The notes beneath the pieces are model-generated. The model had not been told where the DNA came from, ran no database searches, and saw only the letters and a list, made by a program, of their open reading frames with translations. Positions 41,992 through 52,078 of a stretch of 64,000 nt of DNA are shown here, one piece after another (position 1 is the first letter of the stretch; every line of letters starts with the position of its first letter). The DNA is from Candidatus Zhuqueibacterota bacterium (GTDB taxonomy: Bacteria; Zhuqueibacterota; Zhuqueibacteria; Residuimicrobiales; Residuimicrobiaceae), in contig CAUJEL010000040.1 of the NCBI GenBank assembly GCA_963169875.1, forward strand, positions 16,323 to 80,322. The letters run 5' to 3'. The position numbers were made by a program, and so were the translations under genes.

Positions 41992-42399
41992 TCACTCGTC
42001 CCGCGGCACCCGCCACTTGGGTGCTTCGGTGCGGCCGGTGAACACGTTCAACCAGGCGGACGTTTTTTCCAGGTTCCAGTCGTGTATCTTTTCGATGCGA
42101 TATAATAACTTGATGCGGCCGAAGAGCCGGGCGCGGCGATAGACCAGATACCAGATGCACAGGCGTTCCGGATAGACCTCGCAGCGCCCATCCTCACCCG
42201 TGCCGCCGCAGGGGCCATTGCGCAGCCGCTTCGGACAGCGCTGCGAACAGACAAATCCCGTATGGCTGAGGATGCATTCCCCACAGCGCTGACAATGAAA
42301 AAGGGGCACTTTGATAACATCTTCCCAGAAGAGCATCATATGGGACAGGGTGCGTTCCCAGCGGTTGTGGCGTTTCTTCTGGCGCGTAACAATCTCCAT
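41992..42399 (-). CDS. MetV-like Cys-rich zinc-ribbon protein (MTHFR C-terminal-domain-like), immediately upstream of metF
   Basis: Cys motifs CQRCGECILSHTGFVCSQRCPKRLRNGPCGG. Small protein. Co-oriented with metF and 145 nt upstream. Confidence 0.55.
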   Translation of the reverse strand: MEIVTRQKKRHNRWERTLSHMMLFWEDVIKVPLFHCQRCGECILSHTGFVCSQRCPKRLRNGPCGGTGEDGRCEVYPERLCIWYLVYRRARLFGRIKLLYRIEKIHDWNLEKTSAWLNVFTGRTEAPKWRVPRDE

Positions 42400-42460
42400 A
42401 GGTTCCGATTCCTCTCTTGACCACGAGGTAATTATCACAAAAATCTGTCTTTCGCCCTAT

Positions 42461-43966
42461 CTATTGGCCAAACTCAGACTTGATGGCTTGGGCCATTTCA
42501 ACCAGCCGCCAATAGGGCGGCATATATCCCTGTTCATTCATAAAGTTTTGCACCTGTACCTCCAGCCGGCGCTTGATCCGGCTGTGCAGGCTGGTGTACC
42601 ATTGATTGCGCAGGGCCGATGTGGCGCTCATGCCCTCCGGCACCGGGCCGACGCCGCCAAACGCATTCAAGATCATGCTGTACGTTTTAGCCAGACGGGC
42701 CAGCGGCAATAAAAATCGATTATAATGTAGTGGCTCGCCAATATGGGCGCCATCGAGCAAAATTTCGGTCACGGCATTATCAATATGATCCTTGCGCAGG
42801 GTTTCGAGATCACGCCATTCCGCGACCACCTGAAGCTGCGGATCGTACTCGAGATCGGAGGGTTCCTGGGTGGTGAAGTGGCGCACGCCAAATCCCGCCA
42901 GCCAACGCCGCAAGCCCGTCGAAGAGATCTGCGACAGGCTCATCCACAGGTCGATGCCCAGGTTACGGTAGGCGGCCGAGGCCACTTCCGAGCAGAACAG
43001 TTTGCTGCTGTCGCTGAAATCCATGGCAAAGTCATAGGGAATATGTTGCTGTTGCGCCCGTTCCAGGGCGCGTTCAGCAGCACGATGCGGCAGCAGGGGA
43101 TCAGCGGCCATTGCCGGCAGATCGGCGCGCAGCCGCAAAACCAGGACGCGCAGTTTGATATCCTGCAGATAATCCTGCAAGGAGGAGATAGTCACGCCGC
43201 GTTCGATATGGCTCTCGAGGATGCTGGCCAAATGGGTCTTGGGATGCACATAAACCAGGGCGACGTGGGAAAAATTACCGGCAAAATCATTGCCGCGCGC
43301 GATCAGGGCCGACGTGGCGGCGCCGCCGCGGGAGACGAGCATGTCCCCACTGTGGATTTTCACGCCGAGGATGCTCGCCCACGGCGTCTGGCTGGGTTCG
43401 TCCACGCCCATCATAAGCGGCTGCAACGCAAATTGCGGCGGCACCTGCAGCATGACCTCTTCGACCGCCGCCCGGCCACCGTAGAGAAGCCGGTACAGTG
43501 TGATGCGCGACGGCGATTGCGTCATATCCCATCTCAAGGATTGGCGCTTCATTTGCATGCGCATCCGGTTCACGGCATCGCTGAAAGCGTTGAGGTGTTG
43601 CGGACAGGCTGCGACCAGAGGCGCCGTTTCGAACAACGCAGCTTCCAAGTCGCGATAAAAAGCGTCTTGAGGCGGCAGGTTGCGGTCGTCCAGGGAATCG
43701 ATCATGTGATTGAGGAAAAACAACTGCGAGATAATCCGCTCCCGCGCCGACGTGCAGCCCAGCTCCCGCGTCTGCTGAAATTCGCCCTCGAGTGCGCGCC
43801 AGAAAGCATCCTGCTTCCAGGCAAAGGGCTGGCTCTCCGCCGGCCGATTCACCGCCACAGTGCCAGGCGCATCCGATTCCGGTATGAATAATAAAAGATA
43901 CACCAGGCAAAGAACGCCCGCCGCGATGATTATCCGGCGATAATATGTCTGTTTTTGGGGTCTCAA
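42461..43966 (-). CDS. Membrane-anchored YiiX/DUF830-like permuted papain-fold hydrolase
   Basis: N-terminal transmembrane helix. Motifs HSGDMLVSRGG...SALI...FSHVALVYV and YDFAMDFSDSSKLFCSEVASAAY match E. coli YiiX QTGDIIF...SHTGMLV and DFSFSWSDDRQYCSEVVWKVY. Confidence 0.5.
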   Translation of the reverse strand: MRPQKQTYYRRIIIAAGVLCLVYLLLFIPESDAPGTVAVNRPAESQPFAWKQDAFWRALEGEFQQTRELGCTSARERIISQLFFLNHMIDSLDDRNLPPQDAFYRDLEAALFETAPLVAACPQHLNAFSDAVNRMRMQMKRQSLRWDMTQSPSRITLYRLLYGGRAAVEEVMLQVPPQFALQPLMMGVDEPSQTPWASILGVKIHSGDMLVSRGGAATSALIARGNDFAGNFSHVALVYVHPKTHLASILESHIERGVTISSLQDYLQDIKLRVLVLRLRADLPAMAADPLLPHRAAERALERAQQQHIPYDFAMDFSDSSKLFCSEVASAAYRNLGIDLWMSLSQISSTGLRRWLAGFGVRHFTTQEPSDLEYDPQLQVVAEWRDLETLRKDHIDNAVTEILLDGAHIGEPLHYNRFLLPLARLAKTYSMILNAFGGVGPVPEGMSATSALRNQWYTSLHSRIKRRLEVQVQNFMNEQGYMPPYWRLVEMAQAIKSEFGQ

Positions 43967-43978
43967 CGATTCATTCCA

Positions 43979-45883
43979 TCAAACCATCTTCTTAACGCGT
44001 GCAGCCAACTGACTCGCATCAGTACGGCCTGCATATAAATCCATCATGTGTCCCATGAGCCAGCGCCAACGCGCTGCAATCTCTGTGCTTGAAACCGTGG
44101 ACAGCAATTTCATCGCATCCTTCAGCGCGTTTTCAAGGTCTTCAGCCGGCAATGGCGTCTGCCACGATTCCCACATCATTTCCTGATCCAGCAGCCATTT
44201 CTCCATCGCAAGGAGAACCCCTTCCTTGTACAGCTTTCCAGAGGCGATGGCCTGCAATAGCGCGGCCATAAAGTCGGGCGTCAATTGCTGGGTTTCGAAG
44301 CTCTTTTTATGCAGCCGCTTCGGATAGTGGGTGAGAATCACTGCAGCCAGTCCGGGCGCCACGCCCCATTCTTTCACAGCCCGCGCAAAGATCGTCGCAT
44401 ACGGGGAGCAGGCCAGCGGTTTGATGGTGTCCTGGGGCAGCGCCAGACTCTGATACCAGGCTTCGCGCTCCCAAACCGGTTGCGGCAGTGTGGCGCGAAT
44501 GCGTTCGATACGATCCACCGTGATGCGTTTGGGCGGCAGATCGGTGTCCGGATACATGCGATCCGGTCCCGGGAGAATCCGCTCAAAGCCGTTGGTGCCA
44601 TCTTCCAGGGCCTGCCGCGTTTCGGAAGGAATGCCGATGGTCGCTTCCCGGGCGCGGATAATAATCTCCCGGGCGCCCATCTCCGCATCCGCGGGCGGCC
44701 CCCACACCAGGACCAGCGTGTCGTCCTCTGTCGCGTTGAGGATTTTGCGCAGATTCAGCCATTCCGAGCTGGCCAGCGTCTCGCCGGGCGAATCCGAGTG
44801 GACGATGTTGGGCAGCGTCGTCAGGCAGGCGATAACGCGGACGCGGTCGGATATCTCGCGGGCGAAATAGGTGTCGGTTTGGGTTTGCCAGCGCAGCAGC
44901 CCGCGGAAGCCCTGCAGCACCACGCCGTGGACGTCCATGCCGCCGGCGATGGCCTGTGAAATCGGATAGAACCGCGTCTTGCGCAGCAGCTTGTTGACAT
45001 TCTCGTGATGGCCTTTGCAGGTCTCCGCCGTGATGCCGCGCTTGTTCAATTCATCGCGCAGCCGCAGCAGATTCCACTGCCGCATGGCCTCATTGTAAGT
45101 GAGGAGCGGGATTAAGGGAATCCGCGAGACGCCTTTGATTTCGATGCGTGTGCCGCCGGTGACGCTGACATTGACATCCTGCCGCGCCGCGCCAATGCCC
45201 GTGCGCACCCGGCCGGTGGAACGCACGAGGCGCCGCAGCATCTGCGCCACCTCAGCGACTTCCTGCGGCGTCTTCATCTCCGGCGCAGTCACGGTCTCGA
45301 TCAGCGGCATGCCGAGGCGGTCGGTGATGTAAACGCGGCGATGGCCGGCATCGCTCACCTCACGGCAGGCATCCTCCTCCAATCCGAGTTGAATGATGTG
45401 AATCATGCGATCTTTATAGGGGATGGCACCATCCACGCCGACGATGGTCGTACGCTGAAAACCCGTGGGGATGCTGCCGTCGAGGTACTGTTTGCGCGCG
45501 ATATGCAATTCATCCACCAGCACGCAGTTGTAGAGCATGGCGATGGCCAGCGCATTATCCAGCGCTTGTTCGTTGAGTTCAAAGGGCGGCGTATCATCCA
45601 TTTCGTAGGTGCACACGGTTTCACGGTTGATCTGATAGATGATCTCTTTTCGCGTCTTGAACTCCATCAACGCAGTACCATCATACTCTCCCAACTCGGA
45701 TAGCGTGGGACGCATGTGGCGCAGAATTTCCGCATCATAGTCGTCGCTGTAGCGGCCGGCTGGACAGCGGCAGAAGAGTTTTTTATCGGTGAAAAGTTGT
45801 TGATGGATTTCCAGTCCGGATTTGAATCCAACCGCTTGATAATCCTTTTCGTGCATCTCTTCGAACGGCTTAAACATGAACAT
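43979..45883 (-). CDS. gatE: Glu-tRNA(Gln) amidotransferase subunit E (archaeal-type)
   Basis: N-terminal GFKSGLEIHQQL...KLFCRCPAG GatB/GatE catalytic motif. 634 aa with a GatE-specific insertion domain and a C-terminal GatB/YqeY-like tail. Confidence 0.8.
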   Translation of the reverse strand: MFMFKPFEEMHEKDYQAVGFKSGLEIHQQLFTDKKLFCRCPAGRYSDDYDAEILRHMRPTLSELGEYDGTALMEFKTRKEIIYQINRETVCTYEMDDTPPFELNEQALDNALAIAMLYNCVLVDELHIARKQYLDGSIPTGFQRTTIVGVDGAIPYKDRMIHIIQLGLEEDACREVSDAGHRRVYITDRLGMPLIETVTAPEMKTPQEVAEVAQMLRRLVRSTGRVRTGIGAARQDVNVSVTGGTRIEIKGVSRIPLIPLLTYNEAMRQWNLLRLRDELNKRGITAETCKGHHENVNKLLRKTRFYPISQAIAGGMDVHGVVLQGFRGLLRWQTQTDTYFAREISDRVRVIACLTTLPNIVHSDSPGETLASSEWLNLRKILNATEDDTLVLVWGPPADAEMGAREIIIRAREATIGIPSETRQALEDGTNGFERILPGPDRMYPDTDLPPKRITVDRIERIRATLPQPVWEREAWYQSLALPQDTIKPLACSPYATIFARAVKEWGVAPGLAAVILTHYPKRLHKKSFETQQLTPDFMAALLQAIASGKLYKEGVLLAMEKWLLDQEMMWESWQTPLPAEDLENALKDAMKLLSTVSSTEIAARWRWLMGHMMDLYAGRTDASQLAARVKKMV

Positions 45884-46402
45884 ACTTTTGAACTCGCTGT
45901 AATGGGGTTTATAAATTGATCATTTTGAGGATTCAACCGTGTTTAAAAAACGCTGCCTGCAAATCGCCCTGCACCGTCATGAGGCGGCCAAGGGCTTCAA
46001 TCCGAGCTTTGCGCATGGCTGCTCGCATCTGAAGCACGATATGCGACTCTAAGATAAGATGAATTAGTATAAATTCAAAAGTTTTTATCATCACAGACCA
46101 TAACAAATAAAAATGTTGGAATAAAAAAATGACAAGATGGGTATTAGAATATAGAGAATTGTTTCGGAAATACGAAATTGTATTACACCCGCAACAATTC
46201 TTGTGACAAAACCGTCAGAGGAGACGGTTCCAGAATTCCCCCCAAAAATCAGATGCTGTAATCGTGATTGCATTCCAATCTGCGGATTGTGGTACCTGCA
46301 GAAAAAAGGCAATCACGGAATGGATTTGTACAACCCCTAATCAACCAGTTAATACCCTAATTAGCTCCAGAGAAGTGTATATATACAGAGCAGGAGTCAA
46401 AT

Positions 46403-48007
46403 ATGAAAAAGGTTAATGTAAAATCGCTTGCACTGTTTGCCCTCGTGGCATTTTATGTGCATTTGGCCGCGCCAGGCACTGTGACGGCGCAGCAGTTTGA
46501 GTTTGATGGCTGGAATTACAACGGCAGCCATTCAGTCTATAATTATACATTTACATCCGGTACACAACCGGCCATCAGCCATAGCGGTTTACAGGGATTT
46601 TGCGTGGGCTCGGAGGATATCATTTCCGTAGAGTTGTCTTTGAATGGCGCAACGTATAATCCTGTTTCTTCAGAAATAATCATCAAAACAAATAGCCAGG
46701 AACCCTTGTGCCTGGCTGATTTCCCGGCACTGAAGTTTAATCAGGGCTTTCAGGATGGGCAAACGATTAATTTTCGCCTGACGTTGAACGGGTACTTTCC
46801 CCCGAAGATGGGGCAAGGATGGTGGAAGGGCGGCACGACAGGCGCCTGCTTTGAGATACAGGTGCCCGACTGCGATCAGACCAGCGCCAATCCAATGATA
46901 GATATCGAGAAAGCTGTTAATGGAGAGGATGCGGACGCCCCAACCGGCCCCATGATCCCCATCGGCAGTGCTGTTAACTGGACGTATGTGGTCACCAATC
47001 CCGGCACTGTTGCGCTGTCTAATGTGACCGTGGTTGATGATATGGGTGTGGTTCCGGTTTATCAATCTGGAGATTTGAACAACAACGATTCGCTTGATAC
47101 AGATGAAACCTGGATTTACACCGCGTCGGGCATCGCTGTTCAAGGCCAATATAAAAACATCGGCACAGCAACGGGCACCTTTGATGACCAAACCGTGCGC
47201 GATGATGACCCGGCGCATTATTTCGGCATTGCACGAAGCGCACCTGGCATTAAAATCGTCAAGTATGTCAACGAGGAAGATGCCAATGAGCCCACTGGTC
47301 CTGTTGTAACAGTCGGTTCAACCGTGACCTTCACTTATGTCGTCACCAATACCGGCAACGTGCCGCTCGCCGATGTCTCTGTGGACGACGACAAGCCGGG
47401 CGTCAATCCCGCGTACCAATCAGGAGATGCCAATGAGGATGGCCTCCTGGACACGGATGAGACCTGGATTTATACGGCAACCGCCGCCGCCGTGGAAGGC
47501 CAATACAAAAACATCGGTACAGTGACGGGTACCTATGAAGACCAAACAGTAAACGATGATGATCCGGCCCACTATTTCGGCGAATACGAGACGGGTTGTG
47601 TCGATGGCACGGTTTACAGCAATGGTCAACCCCAGGCGAATGTTTTGGTACGCCTCGAAACACCCGGCCGTAAAGCGGCCAAGCAGCACACCGACGGCAA
47701 TGGTTACTATCGTTTTGATAATGTCATCCGCGGGTTTGAGTACACCCTCACGGTGAACGGCCAGCCGGAACTGACGCGCACCGTGGTGGTAGATGATCAG
47801 TTGGCCTGCCAGACCCAGGATCTCTTCGGCGGCGGCTGCAAGCCGGTTTTCGCCCTGTACCAGACCTGGTACGGCAACGCAGAAAACGATTCCACCCTGC
47901 GTTACTGGGCCACATCCAACAAAGGCGGTATAACCGATACATCCGTGGTTGGATTTTACGATTCTCACGATGAAAAAATCATGGAGTACCATGTGCTGCT
48001 GGCCTAG
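46403..48007 (+). CDS. N-terminal portion of a large T9SS surface protein (signal peptide, two DUF11-type repeats, CarbopepD_reg-like domain, start of a GH99-like domain), ending at an in-frame TAG
   Basis: AGGAG RBS. Signal peptide MKKVNVKSLALFALVAFYVHLAAPGTVTA. Tandem repeats IDIEKAVNGEDADAPTGP...QGQYKNIGTATG. YQTWYGN motif. Stops at TAG 48005-48007, which lies inside a 10-bp palindrome GGCCTAGGCC. Confidence 0.6.
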   Translation: MKKVNVKSLALFALVAFYVHLAAPGTVTAQQFEFDGWNYNGSHSVYNYTFTSGTQPAISHSGLQGFCVGSEDIISVELSLNGATYNPVSSEIIIKTNSQEPLCLADFPALKFNQGFQDGQTINFRLTLNGYFPPKMGQGWWKGGTTGACFEIQVPDCDQTSANPMIDIEKAVNGEDADAPTGPMIPIGSAVNWTYVVTNPGTVALSNVTVVDDMGVVPVYQSGDLNNNDSLDTDETWIYTASGIAVQGQYKNIGTATGTFDDQTVRDDDPAHYFGIARSAPGIKIVKYVNEEDANEPTGPVVTVGSTVTFTYVVTNTGNVPLADVSVDDDKPGVNPAYQSGDANEDGLLDTDETWIYTATAAAVEGQYKNIGTVTGTYEDQTVNDDDPAHYFGEYETGCVDGTVYSNGQPQANVLVRLETPGRKAAKQHTDGNGYYRFDNVIRGFEYTLTVNGQPELTRTVVVDDQLACQTQDLFGGGCKPVFALYQTWYGNAENDSTLRYWATSNKGGITDTSVVGFYDSHDEKIMEYHVLLA

Positions 48008-48028
48008 GCCTCTGATATCGATGCGCTG

Positions 48029-49708
48029 GTGGTGGACTGGTACGGCATGGATTCCTTTGAAGATGGTCCGACGCATAAACTGCTGAACACGGTGGAACGG
48101 CTTTACAAGCAATACCATCATCTTGGTTTCAGTTTCAACATCATTGTTTCCTATAATGAAGAAGCCTCAGGCGATCTGGCGGCGAATTTAAAGTTCCTGG
48201 CGGATTCTATCCTGACGCACCCCGGCTATTATGGGACCTTTGAGAAAAAACCAAAACCCGTGTTTGTTCATACACATCACAGCGAATTCGCAGAACAATT
48301 TCTGGCGTTGGCCAAAATATACCTGCCCAGCGATGTGCAGATACTGCTGAATTATGAAGAGGCCAATCTGGCTCTGGCGCCCCAGGTAACGGGCTTTTAT
48401 CCCCACCTCACCGATGCCGAGGACATTCATGATCCCCAAGGCAGAGAATGGGGCGAAAAGTACCTCACGGATTTCTACAACTCGGACACCAGAAATATGC
48501 CACTGCAAGTCGGCGGAACCTGGCCCGGATTGGACGACCGCCAGTGGGTGCAAGGCAGAGGGCTGTATGTAGATCGCCAGGACACCATGGTTTATGACAA
48601 GACCTGGGAGAAGGCGTTCGAGAATCAGCCGGATTGGATGCTCATTCAGTCCTGGAATTCGTTCAACCAGACCACCCAGATCGAAGTGTCCGAGCAGGAA
48701 GGTTACAAATTCGTCAAGATGTCGCGCAACAAGGCGGTCTTGTGGAAATCCGGCTGCGCCCGCGAAGTGGATGACCTGGGCTTGACGGTCCCGCAAGCGG
48801 TTCTGGAAGCCCGTACCCGCGGCATCGACAGTTTGTATGTCGAACAGGCTTTGTTGGAATTCTTCCAGCGTAACTATGACCAGGCGTTGGCGATTCTCGA
48901 CATTGCAGGACCTGGCCCGGAGCAAAGTCAGCCGGTGAGCGACCGCGATGATCAGCTGGTTTTTGTGGAAGGGTCTGACACCAATAAAAAACAGAACTGG
49001 GACAATGCGGTGGATGGAGAGGTGAACGGATGGAAAGCCACCACCACGGCCAAGTGGAACGGCGGTGCGGGAAATACCTACGCCATCTTAAAATTTGCCG
49101 ATCAGGGCAAATATCTGTTCAACAGCGTCTATTTGCAGACCGACAACGGCACGGATGACGATGCCTACAGCAGCCGTCAGGCGACCGACGTCGAAATCCT
49201 GGTTTCCACAACCGGCACCAATCCCCAGGATTTTCAATCCGTGATACGTTTCCAGCCGCGCGATGGCGCCATGCGGATCTACAAATTAAACCGCTACGTT
49301 ACCGCGGCCTATGTCAAGATCGTTCTTCACGGCCCGGACTATGGCCAGGGTGGATGGGTTCAGGTGGTTGAATTCGGTGTTGCAAGCGATGGCAAATATG
49401 CAGCCACGCCGGTGACCGAGACTGCAGCGGTTGCTGCGATTCCGCTGTCGTTCAGTCTGGAACAGAATTACCCCAACCCCTTTAACCCGGGCACGACGAT
49501 CCGTTATGATCTGCCGGAGCAGGCGAGGGTCGTGTTGAAGATCTATGATCTGACCGGCAGAGAGGTCGCCACGCTGGTGGACGAGGTTCAGGAAGGCGGG
49601 CAGCATACTACGACCTGGAATGCATCCTCCCTTGCGTCCGGCACCTATCTCTATCAACTGCGCGCGGGTGCCAATACCGCCGTGAAACGGATGACCCTCG
49701 TGAAATAA
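48029..49708 (+). CDS. C-terminal portion of the same protein (rest of the GH99-like hydrolase domain, discoidin-like domain, T9SS CTD)
   Basis: Same reading frame as 46403..48007, 7 codons after the TAG. It begins with GTG, and has no RBS and no signal peptide even though it ends in a CTD (LEQNYPNPFNPGTTIRYDL...GTYLYQLRAG). The module QTDNGTDDD...YVKIVLHGP is paralogous to the one in the ubiquitin cargo protein. Confidence 0.6.
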   Translation: MVDWYGMDSFEDGPTHKLLNTVERLYKQYHHLGFSFNIIVSYNEEASGDLAANLKFLADSILTHPGYYGTFEKKPKPVFVHTHHSEFAEQFLALAKIYLPSDVQILLNYEEANLALAPQVTGFYPHLTDAEDIHDPQGREWGEKYLTDFYNSDTRNMPLQVGGTWPGLDDRQWVQGRGLYVDRQDTMVYDKTWEKAFENQPDWMLIQSWNSFNQTTQIEVSEQEGYKFVKMSRNKAVLWKSGCAREVDDLGLTVPQAVLEARTRGIDSLYVEQALLEFFQRNYDQALAILDIAGPGPEQSQPVSDRDDQLVFVEGSDTNKKQNWDNAVDGEVNGWKATTTAKWNGGAGNTYAILKFADQGKYLFNSVYLQTDNGTDDDAYSSRQATDVEILVSTTGTNPQDFQSVIRFQPRDGAMRIYKLNRYVTAAYVKIVLHGPDYGQGGWVQVVEFGVASDGKYAATPVTETAAVAAIPLSFSLEQNYPNPFNPGTTIRYDLPEQARVVLKIYDLTGREVATLVDEVQEGGQHTTTWNASSLASGTYLYQLRAGANTAVKRMTLVK

Positions 49709-49727
49709 ACTCTCAATCAACGAACCA

Positions 49728-49768
49728 TAAAAAAAAGGCCGCGTAGATGCGGCCTTTTTTTTATCTCT
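49728..49768 (+). terminator. Rho-independent terminator
   Basis: AAAAAAAAGGCCGCGTAGATGCGGCCTTTTTTTTAT: a GC stem flanked by an A-tract and a T-tract, which could be bidirectional. Confidence 0.7.
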
Positions 49769-49794
49769 TGACTCTTATACGCTTCTTTAGTATC

Positions 49795-50454
49795 ATGAAA
49801 AAAGGGGGTAAATCGGAGGTATTTGTGCATCAGCTGCAGCAACTCTTCGAAAATAACCTGCGATGGGCGCAACGGATCAAACAGAACGATCCGGAGTTTT
49901 TTTCCAGACTATCCCGACAGCAAAACCCGGAATATCTGTGGATCGGCTGTTCTGACAGCCGCGTCCCCTCCACGCAAATTGTCGATCTCTTACCCGGGGA
50001 AATATTCGTCCATCGCAACATCGCCAATGTGGTGGTGCACACGGATCTCAATTGCCTTTCCGTGATTCAGTATGCGGTTGAACGGCTTAAGGTAAAACAC
50101 ATCATCATCTGTGGTCACTATGGATGCGGCGGGATCCGGGCGGCGTTGGAGAACCGCAGTCACGGTTTGATCGACAACTGGCTGCGTCACATCAAAGATA
50201 TTTATCGCTGTCATCAGGACAAAATCGATGCCCTGCCGGATGAAACAGCGCGGCAAAACCTGCTCTGTGAATTGAACGTGATCGAGCAGGTCGCCAATGT
50301 CTGTCACACGACCATCGTGCAGAATGCGTGGAATGCAGGCATGGACCTGACTGTCCATGGATGGATCTACAGCATTGATGACGGCATCCTCAAAGACCTC
50401 AAAGTGGCCGTACGCCAACTGGACGATATTTCTGTCACCCACCGGTTGAAATAA
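49795..50454 (+). CDS. Beta-class carbonic anhydrase
   Basis: LWIGCSDSRVP and HYGCGG zinc-ligand motifs. The start is probably MKKGGKSEV at 49795, right after the terminator. Confidence 0.85.
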   Translation: MKKGGKSEVFVHQLQQLFENNLRWAQRIKQNDPEFFSRLSRQQNPEYLWIGCSDSRVPSTQIVDLLPGEIFVHRNIANVVVHTDLNCLSVIQYAVERLKVKHIIICGHYGCGGIRAALENRSHGLIDNWLRHIKDIYRCHQDKIDALPDETARQNLLCELNVIEQVANVCHTTIVQNAWNAGMDLTVHGWIYSIDDGILKDLKVAVRQLDDISVTHRLK

Positions 50455-50500
50455 TAAAAGCGGAACAATCTTGTAAAAATGTTATTTGGAGACAAGAATC

Positions 50501-51793
50501 ATGAAAAACCGGATTGTCCTGTTGATGTTCTGTTTGACCACCTGGCTCGTGGCACAAGAAGAGTCAGGAAAAGCCCGGCGTATGGCCTGGTTCCAGAATG
50601 CACGTCTCGGCATCTTTATCCATTGGGGCATCTATGCGGTGAACGGCATTGATGAATCGTGGTCGTTTTACAATGGATATATCCCCTATGCGGAATACAT
50701 GAAGCAGGCCTCCGGATTCACGGCTTCCCGCTATGATCCCGACGCCTGGGCGCAGCTGATCGCCGCCAGCGGCGCACGCTACGCCGTCCTGACCAGCAAA
50801 CATCACGATGGCATGGCGCTGTGGCCGACGCAGGCTAATGATTTGCATGTAGTGCAAAGGACACCGGCCGCCAGGGATTTGATCAAGCCCTTCTGTGAGG
50901 CGATGCGCCGCCACGATCTCAAAGTAGGGCTTTATTTTTCCCATCTCGATTGGTCCCACCCGGACTATCCCTTTTTCACCCGCACAGAGAAACGTTATGA
51001 AAACGATCCACAGCGCTGGTCTCGATTCCTCGCCTTTCGCGAGAAACAGATCGAAGAATTGGCGCACGCCTATCATCCCAACCTGTTGTGGTTCGACGGC
51101 GACTGGGATTTCGACGCCGAACGCTGGCAGTCGGAATCCTTGCGGGAAAAAATCGATAGCTGGCTGCCCCATGTTATCGTCAACGCACGCATCAATGGAT
51201 ACGGTGATTACGAAACGCCGGAACAGGGTGTTCCCATCACCCAACCGGCGGCGCCCTTTTGGGAACTCTGCATGACCATGAACGATTCATGGGGATATCA
51301 GGGGAACGATAAAAACTATAAAACGCCTCACCAGATATTGCAGATTCTGGTGGATTGCATAAGCATGGGCGGAAACCTGCTCCTGGATATCGGGCCCCGG
51401 GCCGATGGGACCATTCCGGAAGAACAACAGGCGATACTGAAGGAAGTAGGGCGCTGGACCCATAAACATCAGGAAGCAATCTATGGGACGTTATCCGGAA
51501 TCCCCAAAGACCATTTTTATGGCCCGACTGCTTTGTCGAAGGACCGGCAGATTCTTTATCTATTTCTTGACGCGGCGCCCAAAGGCCCCCTCTTTATCAA
51601 GGGTTTGAAGAATCGCGTCAACCGCGTCTGGGTGGTTGGCAACGGCACCAGGTTATCTGCACAAGTGCTCATGAAGCAGTATTGGAGTTCGCTGCCGGGC
51701 ATCGTGTACATCACCGTGCCGGAGGAGGTGATGGATCCAGCCATCACGGTGGTGGCCGTGCTGCTGGAGGGTCCTGTCGAGCTGCAGAAATGA
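50501..51793 (+). CDS. Alpha-L-fucosidase (GH29), secreted
   Basis: Signal peptide MKNRIVLLMFCLTTWLVAQ. The GH29 signature ARLGIFIHWGIYAV and HHDGMALWPT. Confidence 0.85.
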   Translation: MKNRIVLLMFCLTTWLVAQEESGKARRMAWFQNARLGIFIHWGIYAVNGIDESWSFYNGYIPYAEYMKQASGFTASRYDPDAWAQLIAASGARYAVLTSKHHDGMALWPTQANDLHVVQRTPAARDLIKPFCEAMRRHDLKVGLYFSHLDWSHPDYPFFTRTEKRYENDPQRWSRFLAFREKQIEELAHAYHPNLLWFDGDWDFDAERWQSESLREKIDSWLPHVIVNARINGYGDYETPEQGVPITQPAAPFWELCMTMNDSWGYQGNDKNYKTPHQILQILVDCISMGGNLLLDIGPRADGTIPEEQQAILKEVGRWTHKHQEAIYGTLSGIPKDHFYGPTALSKDRQILYLFLDAAPKGPLFIKGLKNRVNRVWVVGNGTRLSAQVLMKQYWSSLPGIVYITVPEEVMDPAITVVAVLLEGPVELQK

Positions 51794-52078
51794 TAAAGTG
51801 TTGCGCAAATTCCATTCAGGATGACGCGCCTGGGCCGATGTACCCTGCGACGTATAATATGCCGAACCGGCTTTAATAAAAATGATATTTTTGTTGTATT
51901 GTTTGACCATAAAGCCTACATTAAGCAACCATGGGAGATAAACAAGCTCAAGCACTGTATAAGCGCACCGCATTTATTTCCAGCACGCAGTCATCGAGCT
52001 TAATACTCCGGGAAGCGGGACATGAGATACATATCCCGTTGGTGTGGCTATTTTCACAAACCATCAAAGGAGGGTGTC

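Noticed and set aside
42743-43891. 382-aa + ORF
   Set aside because: Antisense of the YiiX-like gene.
47420-48121. 233-aa - ORF
   Set aside because: Antisense of the DUF11/GH-like surface protein gene.
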